64,000 nt of DNA, taken from assembly GCA_902489575.1 (NCBI GenBank), contig CABUAQ010000001.1, forward strand, positions 146-64,145, read 5' to 3'. Shown in pieces: positions 37,408 through 46,110 of this stretch (the first letter of the stretch is position 1; every line of letters begins with the position of its first letter). A program made the translations under genes and the position numbers. The notes beneath the pieces were generated by a model, which was given only the letters and a program-made list of their open reading frames with translations, was not told the origin of the DNA and made no database searches. The DNA is from an uncultured bacterium (GTDB taxonomy: Bacteria > Cyanobacteriota > Vampirovibrionia > Gastranaerophilales > Gastranaerophilaceae).

Positions 37408-37978
37408 TTTTCCGGATGTATTCCTCTACATTTTTTGGTACATATGAACTTATATTTTTATTTTGTTTAACCAGCTCTCTCAGCTCTGTTGATGAAATAG
37501 CTTCATATGGCAAAGACTGAAACTCAAATTCAAAACCTTTAGATTTTAAATAATCATACCGAGAAATTTCAAAATTGTCCTCCCTAACAAAGACGATAAA
37601 TTTTAACAAGTTTTTTAATTTATCAGCCTCATACCACGATTCTATTTTTTCAAACGCATCCGTTCCTATAATAAAATTTATCTTTCCGTCCACATTAAAC
37701 AATTTGTATAACTGCTCAATAGTCAAATACGTATAAGATTTTCCGCCACGGTAATACTCAATTTCGGAAACACCAAATTTTTGATTACACTTGACTGCAA
37801 GCTTAACCATGTTTAGACGATGCAAAGAGTAATTTGGATTACTATTTTTATGCGGGGGATCGAAAGCAGGAATAAAAAGAATTTTATCAAAATTAAAATG
37901 TTTAAGAACGTACTCACAAACCCTTAAATGAGCGTTATGAATAGGATTAAAAGTTCCCTGAAAAACACACAGTTTCAT
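37388..37978 (-). CDS. nadD: Nicotinate-nucleotide adenylyltransferase
   Basis: 'GTFNPIHNAHL' and 'ISSTELR'. 196 aa. Confidence 0.9.
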   Translation of the reverse strand: MKLCVFQGTFNPIHNAHLRVCEYVLKHFNFDKILFIPAFDPPHKNSNPNYSLHRLNMVKLAVKCNQKFGVSEIEYYRGGKSYTYLTIEQLYKLFNVDGKINFIIGTDAFEKIESWYEADKLKNLLKFIVFVREDNFEISRYDYLKSKGFEFEFQSLPYEAISSTELRELVKQNKNISSYVPKNVEEYIRKNELYKD

Positions 37979-37995
37979 GTTCTAACCCCCTTTTA

Positions 37996-39255
37996 CTAAA
38001 AATCAGACAGAATACAAGCTCCAATATCTTTTCTGTAGTTCATTCCATCAAAAGATATCCCTGCTAAATCTTCATATAAATTGTTTTTTGCCCTTGCCAA
38101 AGTTAAAGCTTTCCTTGTGAGTACAAAAGCTGTTGAACCTTTTGTTAAATACATACCCGACTGATTTTTATTAACGTCTGTGAAGTCAATATCTTCGATA
38201 TTATCAATCAATTCCAAACCATAAATCTGTTTGTTTTCAAACTTTGATAAAACAAGTGCAGAAACAGATGCAGCAGTATTAGAAAGAATTTGCTCATATT
38301 CATCTGCAAACAAACCTTCAATACAAGCGTTAAAAATTTTGACCAAATCATCATCAACAGAATTCAAAACCGCAGATGCATCAAAATCTTGCAAGAAAGG
38401 TTTAAATTCGTTGACATAAAATTTATCTTCCCCCGTTAGCGTACAATCAAGTCCAAGAATACCAATATATGGAGTTCCCTTTTTATGAAGAGAAGCAAGA
38501 GTATTTTTTATAATATTTTCAACCCTTGATATTACAACTTGAGAGACCTTATAATCAGGAACAAAACAACCCATACCGCTTGTTAAAATCCCGCTGTCGC
38601 CGTCACCTGAAAATTTATAATCAGCTACAGTATTCAACGGAAGCGCACTATAACCATCAGTCACATAATAAACGGTAAAATTATGACCAAATGTATAATC
38701 TTCAATTAAAACACCTGTTTCCCCTTTAGAAAACAAACAATCCAAAAACTCTCTTGCAAGAGTAACAGTAGGACAAACAAGTCTATCACCAAGACTATTT
38801 GTTTCGCTGCACTTGATTGTAACAGGGAAATTGGAATTTTTTAAATAATCTTCTGCCATTTGTAATTTGTCAAAAATACCAAATTTTGAAGTTTGTGCAT
38901 GAATCTTATATAAAAATTTTTTACCCAGAACTTTATTTACAGCGATATTACAGGCCGATTTCACAGGCCCAAAAACACGTTGCCCGTTTGTCTGAAAAAA
39001 AGAAACAATATCAGCTTTCAAAGCCTGTTCAGAAACGGGAACAGTCAACCCAATATCGTTTTCTAATACAAATTTTAAAAGCCCTGTCAAATCATCTTCT
39101 CTTATGTCAACAGATGAATATACATTTTCTCCGGTGCAGCCGCCGGGAGCAACATAAACCTTATCAACATTGTCTGCCTTGGAAAGTTTTTTAGCTAATG
39201 CAGATGAGACTCCGCCTTTTCCAACTATTAAAATATTTTGTTTACTGTATTCCAT
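37996..39255 (-). CDS. PurD-like ATP-grasp protein with substituted catalytic motifs
   Basis: Colinear with phosphoribosylamine--glycine ligase ('ILIVGKGGVSSALAKKL', 'KVYVAPG', 'GILTSGMGCFVP', 'YRKDIG'). GGREHA is changed to GGVSSA, KADGLAAGKGV to KCSETNSLGDRL, and EFNCRFGDPE to EFKPFLQDFD. Confidence 0.65.
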   Translation of the reverse strand: MEYSKQNILIVGKGGVSSALAKKLSKADNVDKVYVAPGGCTGENVYSSVDIREDDLTGLLKFVLENDIGLTVPVSEQALKADIVSFFQTNGQRVFGPVKSACNIAVNKVLGKKFLYKIHAQTSKFGIFDKLQMAEDYLKNSNFPVTIKCSETNSLGDRLVCPTVTLAREFLDCLFSKGETGVLIEDYTFGHNFTVYYVTDGYSALPLNTVADYKFSGDGDSGILTSGMGCFVPDYKVSQVVISRVENIIKNTLASLHKKGTPYIGILGLDCTLTGEDKFYVNEFKPFLQDFDASAVLNSVDDDLVKIFNACIEGLFADEYEQILSNTAASVSALVLSKFENKQIYGLELIDNIEDIDFTDVNKNQSGMYLTKGSTAFVLTRKALTLARAKNNLYEDLAGISFDGMNYRKDIGACILSDF

Positions 39256-39384
39256 AAAATAAATTATACTACATAAAATGTACGATTTTTGTTAAGTTAT
39301 TTTACGAATTTATACAATTTTATGTTAGAATTATGACAAAACAAGAATTGTAATTAAAACTACCACAAGTAGAAAGGTGTTAAA

Positions 39385-39627
39385 ATGGCAGGTTTAGTAA
39401 ATTTCTTATCAAATGCGTTTATGGCGCCCGGTGTAAAAACATCAACTCCGGTAGTTAGACAGTCCACAAGTGATAATCCTTACAGCAATAACCCGTTTGT
39501 AAATTACAACGGAAACAGGTATAATCAGTACTATGCGCAGAACAAACCTGTAAAAGGAGGTTATTTTGCAGGATATTACAACGGAAAACAAAATATTGTA
39601 GGCAGAAAACTGTTCATCGAAGTTTAA
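39385..39627 (+). CDS. Small N/Y/P-rich protein
   Basis: SD AAAGGTG 6 nt upstream of the ATG. 80 aa starting MAGLVNFL.., with '..DNPYSNNPFVNYNGNRYNQYYAQNKP..GGYFAGYYNG'. Composition echoes the tails of 56516..57622 and 57762..58568. Confidence 0.6.
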   Translation: MAGLVNFLSNAFMAPGVKTSTPVVRQSTSDNPYSNNPFVNYNGNRYNQYYAQNKPVKGGYFAGYYNGKQNIVGRKLFIEV

Positions 39628-40017
39628 TTATTTCAAATAGTCCTCAAATTTCTTTATATTTACGGTATATCCGCAGCCGTCATGAAGCTTTCCGGGATAT
39701 GAAATTCTTTTTGCCGGATACCTCCTGCACATTCGCGGACGATGCTTATAATCCGAACACAATCCGTCTGCTGTAACTAGTTTACAAGCAAATATTAAGT
39801 TCCCGTACTCATCTTTGCCTTTGATATAAAATCGTTTATATTGAGGAAACAAAAATTGCATTATTTTAAATTCTTTTTCTGTATACGTATCAACACTGTA
39901 CATATAATTACAGCATTTACCACATTTTTTACATTTCCCTGTTACTTCATATGTTAATTTTTCCGGTACAAAATATGACAAAAACTCATACAATATCGAT
40001 TTTACAAAGTCTAACAT
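39628..40017 (-). CDS. YkgJ-family cysteine-cluster protein
   Basis: 'GKCKKCGKCCN' plus a second Cys cluster 'CSDYKHRPRMCRRYP'. 129 aa. Confidence 0.75.
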   Translation of the reverse strand: MLDFVKSILYEFLSYFVPEKLTYEVTGKCKKCGKCCNYMYSVDTYTEKEFKIMQFLFPQYKRFYIKGKDEYGNLIFACKLVTADGLCSDYKHRPRMCRRYPAKRISYPGKLHDGCGYTVNIKKFEDYLK

Positions 40018-40095
40018 TCTATAAATCTATTACAAAAATACACAAAATAAAATAACAGAATTCTACAAAACTTAAATTTTGTGTATAATTGGATT

Positions 40096-40716
40096 ATGAA
40101 AAAATTTGGTAACATTCGAGTATATGCGTGGATTGAGTTTGTAATTTGGCTTATTATTGTTGCCGTTTCAGTCATAGGATTCAGATATTACCACTACCAA
40201 GACCAGAAACAGTATAAAAACTACCAGATTTTTATGGAAGATGTTGATGGATTAATTGTCGGTTCTCCCGTAAAATTTTTGGGTGTTCAAATTGGATACG
40301 TGAAAAAAATTCAGATAATATCAACAGATGTTTATATCAAATTTGTCATTACTCAAAAGGATCTTGTTCTACCAATCGGTGCAATCGCAACAGTGGAAGC
40401 ATCTGGACTTGGAGGTTCCAAGGCTCTCGAAATCTATCCTCCGGATAAAAACCATAAAACCGATAAAATTATCATCTCAAAAGATCCTACCAGATTGAGT
40501 AAAGTTATGGGATTATTTGACAGTATATTTAGAGAACTTGATTCAATTATTACAACACTTAATCATGCCTCAGGACAATTTGAATTCACATCAAGCGGCA
40601 CAGTACCGAAAAATGTAGTTACGCCGGTTGATGCAATAGAAGAACTTGAGCAGGTCAACAAATCTTTAGACACAATAATTGATACTAAACAAAAATTTAT
40701 GAATAATATAAAATAA
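40096..40716 (+). CDS. mlaD: MlaD-like MCE-domain protein
   Basis: N-terminal TM helix, then the MCE core 'VDGLIVGSPVKFLGVQIGYVKKIQI'. Start ambiguous (GTG 40081 in the track, ATG 40096 preferred). Confidence 0.7.
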   Translation: MKKFGNIRVYAWIEFVIWLIIVAVSVIGFRYYHYQDQKQYKNYQIFMEDVDGLIVGSPVKFLGVQIGYVKKIQIISTDVYIKFVITQKDLVLPIGAIATVEASGLGGSKALEIYPPDKNHKTDKIIISKDPTRLSKVMGLFDSIFRELDSIITTLNHASGQFEFTSSGTVPKNVVTPVDAIEELEQVNKSLDTIIDTKQKFMNNIK

Positions 40717-40730
40717 CAAAGGGGTTAAGA

Positions 40731-41381
40731 ATGAATTTAGATAAAATAAAAATTATAAATAATCCTGTAATACTCTTGAATTTATGTAAAATGCGCGATA
40801 AAGATACTGACAGTCAGGGAGTTAGGATTGCAACAAGAAAAATTACCAGATGTCTTTTGTATGAAGCAGCAAAAAATCTGCCGCTTGTTGAAAAAAAAGT
40901 AACAACACCACTAACGTCATTTATGGCAAAAACTATAGATCCGGATATAAATTTAATAATCTCACCAATCCTTCGCGCCGGACTGATTTTTACAGACGAA
41001 GCTATTGATATACTTCCTCAGGCAACCGTTCGGCATATAGGAATGTACAGAGACGAAAAAACTCTAAAACCTGTGTGGTATTACAACAAAGTGCCGATGA
41101 ACGCAGCTAATCCCGAAAAGTTTTATATCTATATAACAGACCCTATGCTTGCAACCGGGAATTCTCTTCTTGCAGCGATTGACCTATATGCAGAAAAAGG
41201 AATTCCAGTAGAAAATATAAAATGTATCTGTATTATTGCGGCTCCAGAAGGCATTGAAAATATTCAAAAGCACTACCCTGATATTGAAATAATTACAGCA
41301 GCCGTAGATGACCACTTGAATGAAAAAGGCTATATCGTTCCCGGGATGGGAGATGCCGGCGACAGGATATTTAACACCTAA
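40731..41381 (+). CDS. upp: Uracil phosphoribosyltransferase
   Basis: 'ITDPMLATGNSLLAAID' (PRPP motif) and 'GYIVPGMGDAGDRIFNT'. Confidence 0.92.
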   Translation: MNLDKIKIINNPVILLNLCKMRDKDTDSQGVRIATRKITRCLLYEAAKNLPLVEKKVTTPLTSFMAKTIDPDINLIISPILRAGLIFTDEAIDILPQATVRHIGMYRDEKTLKPVWYYNKVPMNAANPEKFYIYITDPMLATGNSLLAAIDLYAEKGIPVENIKCICIIAAPEGIENIQKHYPDIEIITAAVDDHLNEKGYIVPGMGDAGDRIFNT

Positions 41382-41482
41382 AAGTAATATGTAAATTTTC
41401 GTAATAATATAACGGTATTTATTAAAGTTTGGCAAAATAAGTACCGTTATGTTTTCTGTGTGTAGCTATATTGGAGAAAAAT

Positions 41483-43480
41483 ATGCCCTCAAGTGTAGAA
41501 CAAGTAAATAATACAGGTAAAACTACCTCCGCCGGCAGACAGGAATCAAGAAAGTTACCTGAAGATAAAATTCTAAAAAGAATTGCTCAAAATTTAGATA
41601 TTTCTGTAAACGAACTCAAATCAATGCTGGTGGAAAAAAATGTTCCAAACGGGAAAGGGATAACTACACTTGCCCGTGAAAACAACATGAATATGAAAGA
41701 CTTTTGTCAGTTAAACGGAATTGATTACAATAATTGGAGAAACTATAAAGCCGGAGCTAAAGAAATATTTTATGTCATTTCAAATACCGGCAAACAATCC
41801 GGACAAAATGATAAAAACATTTCGGCAGAAAACTTAAGTGAAAAAATCTACGAACTGTCATCAAAACATTTTGGTGCCGTAGGAAAACCTGATTTTGACG
41901 CTCTTATTAATCAAATAAATTCACAAAATGCTTCAGAGGTTATAAAATCTTACACAGAAAATAAAACAAATAAAAATAAGGAAAGCTTGATAAATACCAT
42001 AACGAGTGAAATTTCAAGCGATAAACAAGCAAGAAAAGATGCCGTTTTGAAGATTTATGATGCTTTGGCAGCAGAGAAAGGAACACCTGCATCTGTACGT
42101 GAATCTTTTGTGAAAGAACTAGATAAACAATTTAATTCATTTGGGATGGTAAGCACCAAAAAACTTGACGAAACAATAACCAGAATGATGGCAACCCCGC
42201 AAGAATTGGCGGTCAAAATGGAATCTGATATTGATCATACAACAGGTGCTGTTGGTAAAGAATCTTTTAATGAACTTATGAGTTTAGTTAATTCTGAAAA
42301 TGCAGAAGAATTAATAAAAGCATATAATGCACTTGCCACCGGAGAAAGCCTTATTGAAGGTATAACAAGCGAAATTCGCAGCAGTAAGGAAGCCAGAAAA
42401 GAGTCTGTTTTAAAAATTTATGACGCTTTAGCAAACGCAAAAGGCACTCCTCCCGCCGTCCGTGAAGAATTTATAAAAGAGCTTGATGATCAATTTAATT
42501 CCTTTGGTATGGTAAATACCGAAAAACTTGACAAAATAATCAATGATATAATCTCTACTCCGGCAAATACAAACACCAAACCTGCAACCACCACCACGAA
42601 AATGAGTGGTCCAAAAATAAAATTCTCAAAAAATTCTGAAGTAAAAACAGCATCAGAATGGCGCAGAGGTGCAATAAGTTCTGCAAAAAAAGAAGCTGTA
42701 AAAAGATATAAAGAATTTTGTAAAGAAAACAACATCAAATTTAATGAAGACGACTTAGATTTAACTCCATTAGACAGAATTCCCGAACCGCATTCCGACA
42801 ATGGTAAAGTATGTGCAAAATCTTCTACAATTCTTAAGCCGACAGATAACCAATCTGCCAATGGTAAAATCATAATACTAAACCCGGGTCATGGAGGATA
42901 CAGTTCAAGAAGCGGCTTCTTTGACCCCGGCTCCTACAGTTTTATTAAAAAGGGCAACGGGAAATACGCTCCATTGCTTGAATACGAAAAAATGAACAGT
43001 TATGCCGAAAATCTTGCAGACAAACTGCAGAGAAAAGGGTACTCCGTTGTAATAGTCAACGGACACGCCCATACTTTTACTGATCAAAAATCCATTTCAA
43101 ATATTGTAACAGACTTGAATACAAAAAATTATAACAACGATGATATTATTTTTATCTCGCTTCATGCTGATTCCGAACCCGGCAAATCAGGTTCCGGAAT
43201 TTGCTTTGATCCTCGATTTAAAGAAGACAGTTACCTTGCAGATAAGTTAAAAGACAACCTCAATCATGATGATTGGATTAACACAACGCTGTCAGAAAGA
43301 AATTGGCAGGTTAAAGGTAAAGGACTTCAAGTACTACACCAAACGGAAGGTATTCCATCAGTTCTGATTGAAGTCGAATACGTTAACGGTTCAAAAAGTA
43401 GAAATTTAGACTCAAAAGCTTATCAAACAAGATTTGAAAACAAACTTATTGATGGAATTAATTCTTATTTCCAAGAATAA
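41483..43480 (+). CDS. N-acetylmuramoyl-L-alanine amidase (Amidase_3) with a duplicated N-terminal module
   Basis: C-terminal 'IIILNPGHGGY...FISLHADS...LIEVEYVN'. Two repeats of about 106-109 aa (aa 131-239 and 255-360). Start at ATG 41483, which has a GGAG SD. Confidence 0.85.
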   Translation: MPSSVEQVNNTGKTTSAGRQESRKLPEDKILKRIAQNLDISVNELKSMLVEKNVPNGKGITTLARENNMNMKDFCQLNGIDYNNWRNYKAGAKEIFYVISNTGKQSGQNDKNISAENLSEKIYELSSKHFGAVGKPDFDALINQINSQNASEVIKSYTENKTNKNKESLINTITSEISSDKQARKDAVLKIYDALAAEKGTPASVRESFVKELDKQFNSFGMVSTKKLDETITRMMATPQELAVKMESDIDHTTGAVGKESFNELMSLVNSENAEELIKAYNALATGESLIEGITSEIRSSKEARKESVLKIYDALANAKGTPPAVREEFIKELDDQFNSFGMVNTEKLDKIINDIISTPANTNTKPATTTTKMSGPKIKFSKNSEVKTASEWRRGAISSAKKEAVKRYKEFCKENNIKFNEDDLDLTPLDRIPEPHSDNGKVCAKSSTILKPTDNQSANGKIIILNPGHGGYSSRSGFFDPGSYSFIKKGNGKYAPLLEYEKMNSYAENLADKLQRKGYSVVIVNGHAHTFTDQKSISNIVTDLNTKNYNNDDIIFISLHADSEPGKSGSGICFDPRFKEDSYLADKLKDNLNHDDWINTTLSERNWQVKGKGLQVLHQTEGIPSVLIEVEYVNGSKSRNLDSKAYQTRFENKLIDGINSYFQE

Positions 43481-43497
43481 TTAAACAAGGTTGAATT

Positions 43498-44565
43498 ATG
43501 GACTGGCTATTAAAAATTTTTAATTATATAAAAGTTAAGGTAACCGGAGAAACTTCCTCAAATTCTCCGGCTGCCCGGACAGCTGCAAATAAAAAGCCTA
43601 TATTTAACGGAAACGGTAAAACTGAATACCCAAATGAAATTCAAATGGTGACAGAACTATCTGATAGACAAATTGAAATAAACAATACCCGTAAAAAATA
43701 TATAACAACAACCCAAAACCCTGATTACAAAGTAAAAAAAGGAGATAATATTTCAAAAATTGCACAACACTTCGACGTAGAAGTAAGAAGCATCATGGCT
43801 GCAAATGCTCTTGACAAAGATTCGGCTGGGAAAATTCGCCCTGGTCAAACCCTAAAAATTCCTCCAACACATACCGTCAAAAATGTCAAAAACCTGAACG
43901 ATGTTGCAAAATCTATGGGTGTAAGCCTTGATTTTATAAAAAAACTAAAAAAACTTGAAGATAACGGAGAACTGGGCGAAAACGAATTTCACCTGACTCC
44001 ATATAAAGATAAAGCAGGAGTTCTAACTATAGGCATAGGTCACGTATTAAAACCTTCAGATCCCAAAACCCTTACAAAATCTCAAGTGGCAGAACTTTGT
44101 GCAAATGATTTATTAAAAATGGAAGAAAACCTTTGTGTGCTGCTTGGCGGGAAAAAGAATTATGACAAACTCCCGCAATCAATGAAAGAAGCCCTGCTGG
44201 ATATGACATTCAATAAAGGAACCTCAATTATTGAAGAAACACCTGGTCTGCTTTACTGCTTAAAACAAGGTAAATATGAAGCAGCAATAAATAAATTTAC
44301 AAATAATAAATCAACTGCAACAGGTAAAGAGATGAGCGGTCTGTCAAAACGCCGGTTATTCGATATTTCCTTAGCCGCAAGAATGTATAACGGGAAAATT
44401 CCGCAAAGTAATATCAATACTGCTCAAGAAGTATATAACCGCGGGGTAGCACTTCTGCGCGCAGAATGTAAAAAAGACGGCAAAAATTTTGCAAATCAAC
44501 TTGCAGGGTATAATAAAGATATACAAAGCTATTTTGGGAATCACATTAAATTGACAACAAAATAA
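43498..44565 (+). CDS. LysM-domain GH24-type lysozyme
   Basis: LysM 'YKVKKGDNISKIAQHFDVEVRSIMAANAL...GQTLKIP'. GH24-like 'LEDNGELGENEFHLTPYKDKAGVLTIGIGHVL'. Confidence 0.8.
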   Translation: MDWLLKIFNYIKVKVTGETSSNSPAARTAANKKPIFNGNGKTEYPNEIQMVTELSDRQIEINNTRKKYITTTQNPDYKVKKGDNISKIAQHFDVEVRSIMAANALDKDSAGKIRPGQTLKIPPTHTVKNVKNLNDVAKSMGVSLDFIKKLKKLEDNGELGENEFHLTPYKDKAGVLTIGIGHVLKPSDPKTLTKSQVAELCANDLLKMEENLCVLLGGKKNYDKLPQSMKEALLDMTFNKGTSIIEETPGLLYCLKQGKYEAAINKFTNNKSTATGKEMSGLSKRRLFDISLAARMYNGKIPQSNINTAQEVYNRGVALLRAECKKDGKNFANQLAGYNKDIQSYFGNHIKLTTK

Positions 44566-44594
44566 AAGAGGAACCTGTGTCCTCTTTTTGTTTT
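44564..44594. terminator. Terminator between the convergent lysozyme and pilin-like genes
   Basis: AAAGAGGA / TCCTCTTT stem with a 7-nt loop, then TTTGTTTT. A T-rich tract also follows on the minus strand. Confidence 0.65.
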
Positions 44595-44610
44595 GCTTAT
44601 TTTCTTATCT

Positions 44611-45285
44611 TTAGTAAGGCATAACCCAGTTATTTTCAATAACAGCAGCTGCACAATGATTAGCATTTCCAGCTTTACACATCGTTATTTTCTGGGCAAG
44701 TGTCAAATCCTCATTAAGAGGTGTAATCTTTCCTTTTCTGGTTATATAGAAACAGAAGTAATCCCTACCCCACATATTTGGACCATCATTAGCGTTAACA
44801 TCCATACAAAAATCAGAAATAACGTCATCTGTTGTATCAGCATAATAAACTTGCTTAGTGACAAGAGAGTACGATATAATACCGCCGTTTTGGAGCAATA
44901 TACTTGTATATCCAGCTCCTACCGGAGTAGCTGTTCCACCATTTAAATTACGATAAGTAATCAATTTTCCCTGCTCATCCTGAGTTGTTTTCCAACAATC
45001 TTTTGCGGAATCAGCACAAGTTTTAGCAACCGAGAAATTTGAATTTGTCAGTAATGTTGCAGGATTTTTAAAATCTGTTTCCAATAAATTTTTTGTTTTA
45101 TGCGCAATAAGCTGATCAAAAATAAGTTGTTGAACCGAACCTACCGTACTTTTTAACTGAGTTGTCAGCAATCTGTTATTTATAGAAATTAACAAACTTG
45201 GTACTGACAAGGCAGCAATAGCACCAACAATACCCAATGCTACCAATAATTCTGTTAACGTAAATGCATTCTTATTATTTATCAT
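44611..45285 (-). CDS. Type IV pilin-like protein
   Basis: Start at ATG 45285 (SD AAAGGAG): MINNKNA|FTLTELLVALGIVGAIAALSVPSLL. C-terminal Cys pair '..MCKAGNANHCAAAVIENNWVMPY'. Confidence 0.85.
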   Translation of the reverse strand: MINNKNAFTLTELLVALGIVGAIAALSVPSLLISINNRLLTTQLKSTVGSVQQLIFDQLIAHKTKNLLETDFKNPATLLTNSNFSVAKTCADSAKDCWKTTQDEQGKLITYRNLNGGTATPVGAGYTSILLQNGGIISYSLVTKQVYYADTTDDVISDFCMDVNANDGPNMWGRDYFCFYITRKGKITPLNEDLTLAQKITMCKAGNANHCAAAVIENNWVMPY

Positions 45286-45295
45286 AAAAACTCCT

Positions 45296-45988
45296 TTAAT
45301 TATCATTTACCAAATAGTTCGGATCAAATCCTGTCAACACCGCCAGTGTATAACAAGCATAGGGTTTACCGTTTGCTTTGCAATCTGCACGATTTACTGC
45401 AATATCCTCACTGTGCTCAAGATGATCCCCAGTGTGGATTCCATTATTTAAATCGTTCTCATCAGACAATTCCAACTCAAAAAGATCAACCCCGGCAATA
45501 TTTGGTTCTTTATTACCGTTCAAATCAATATTGAAAAGTACGGCTTTCCTCCCATTATACTTTGCACTTGATGCAGATCTGGGTGCTAACAATCCAATAC
45601 CTACCCCCGTTTTTAATAAAACCGAAGCATTATACGTTCCAGTACCGATGCCACTTACGGCAGTTCGATCAAAGTTTTTATACCCTCCCTCCGGAAAATA
45701 TATTAGTGTTCCGCTGCCCTGACCATCTACTACATCAAACTTGTTAAGAAACTTTTCCGGATTTTTAAATATATCAGTATCTGAAAGCTTTCTGGCGCCT
45801 GTTTGTATAAGCTCATTTTGAACAAGATCATTCAAATTTGACACAGTTCCCTGTAACAACGCCATTGATGACCTATTTTGAATATCTTTTATTACCCCTG
45901 CTATTACCAATGCTGCAACCGTTCCAATAACAGTTAATGCTATAAGAACCTCAGATAGCGTAAAACCATCTTTTTTTATCTTAATCAT
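45296..45988 (-). CDS. Type IV pilin-like protein (canonical Gly at -1)
   Basis: MIKIKKDG|FTLSEVLIALTVIGTVAALVIAGVI. Immediately upstream of 44611..45285. Confidence 0.85.
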   Translation of the reverse strand: MIKIKKDGFTLSEVLIALTVIGTVAALVIAGVIKDIQNRSSMALLQGTVSNLNDLVQNELIQTGARKLSDTDIFKNPEKFLNKFDVVDGQGSGTLIYFPEGGYKNFDRTAVSGIGTGTYNASVLLKTGVGIGLLAPRSASSAKYNGRKAVLFNIDLNGNKEPNIAGVDLFELELSDENDLNNGIHTGDHLEHSEDIAVNRADCKANGKPYACYTLAVLTGFDPNYLVNDN

Positions 45989-46007
45989 AAACCAATCCTC
46001 ATTGTAT

Positions 46008-46036
46008 TATATACTTATTTTAACATTATTTTGCAA
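46008..46036 (-). promoter_or_regulatory. Candidate promoter for the pilin pair
   Basis: Minus strand: TTGCAA (46036-46031), 17 nt, TATATA (46013-46008), about 20 nt upstream of ATG 45988. Confidence 0.35.
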
Positions 46037-46050
46037 AAAGTTCAATCACC

Positions 46051-46079
46051 TTGACGGAATATTTTGAGCAGGTTAAAAT
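46051..46079 (+). promoter_or_regulatory. Candidate promoter for the NifU-like/GGGtGRT pair
   Basis: TTGACG (46051-46056), 17 nt, TAAAAT (46074-46079), 31 nt upstream of ATG 46111, which has an AGGGAG SD. Confidence 0.4.
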
Positions 46080-46110
46080 CAGGGTGTATATAAGGTGAAG
46101 GGAGTAGAAA

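Noticed and set aside
41483-44565. Prophage remnant suggested by amidase + GH24 lysozyme
   Set aside because: No integrase, terminase, capsid, tail, holin or repressor genes, no att-like repeats and no compositional break visible by eye. Housekeeping genes flank both sides. Kept only as a 'lytic pair' observation.
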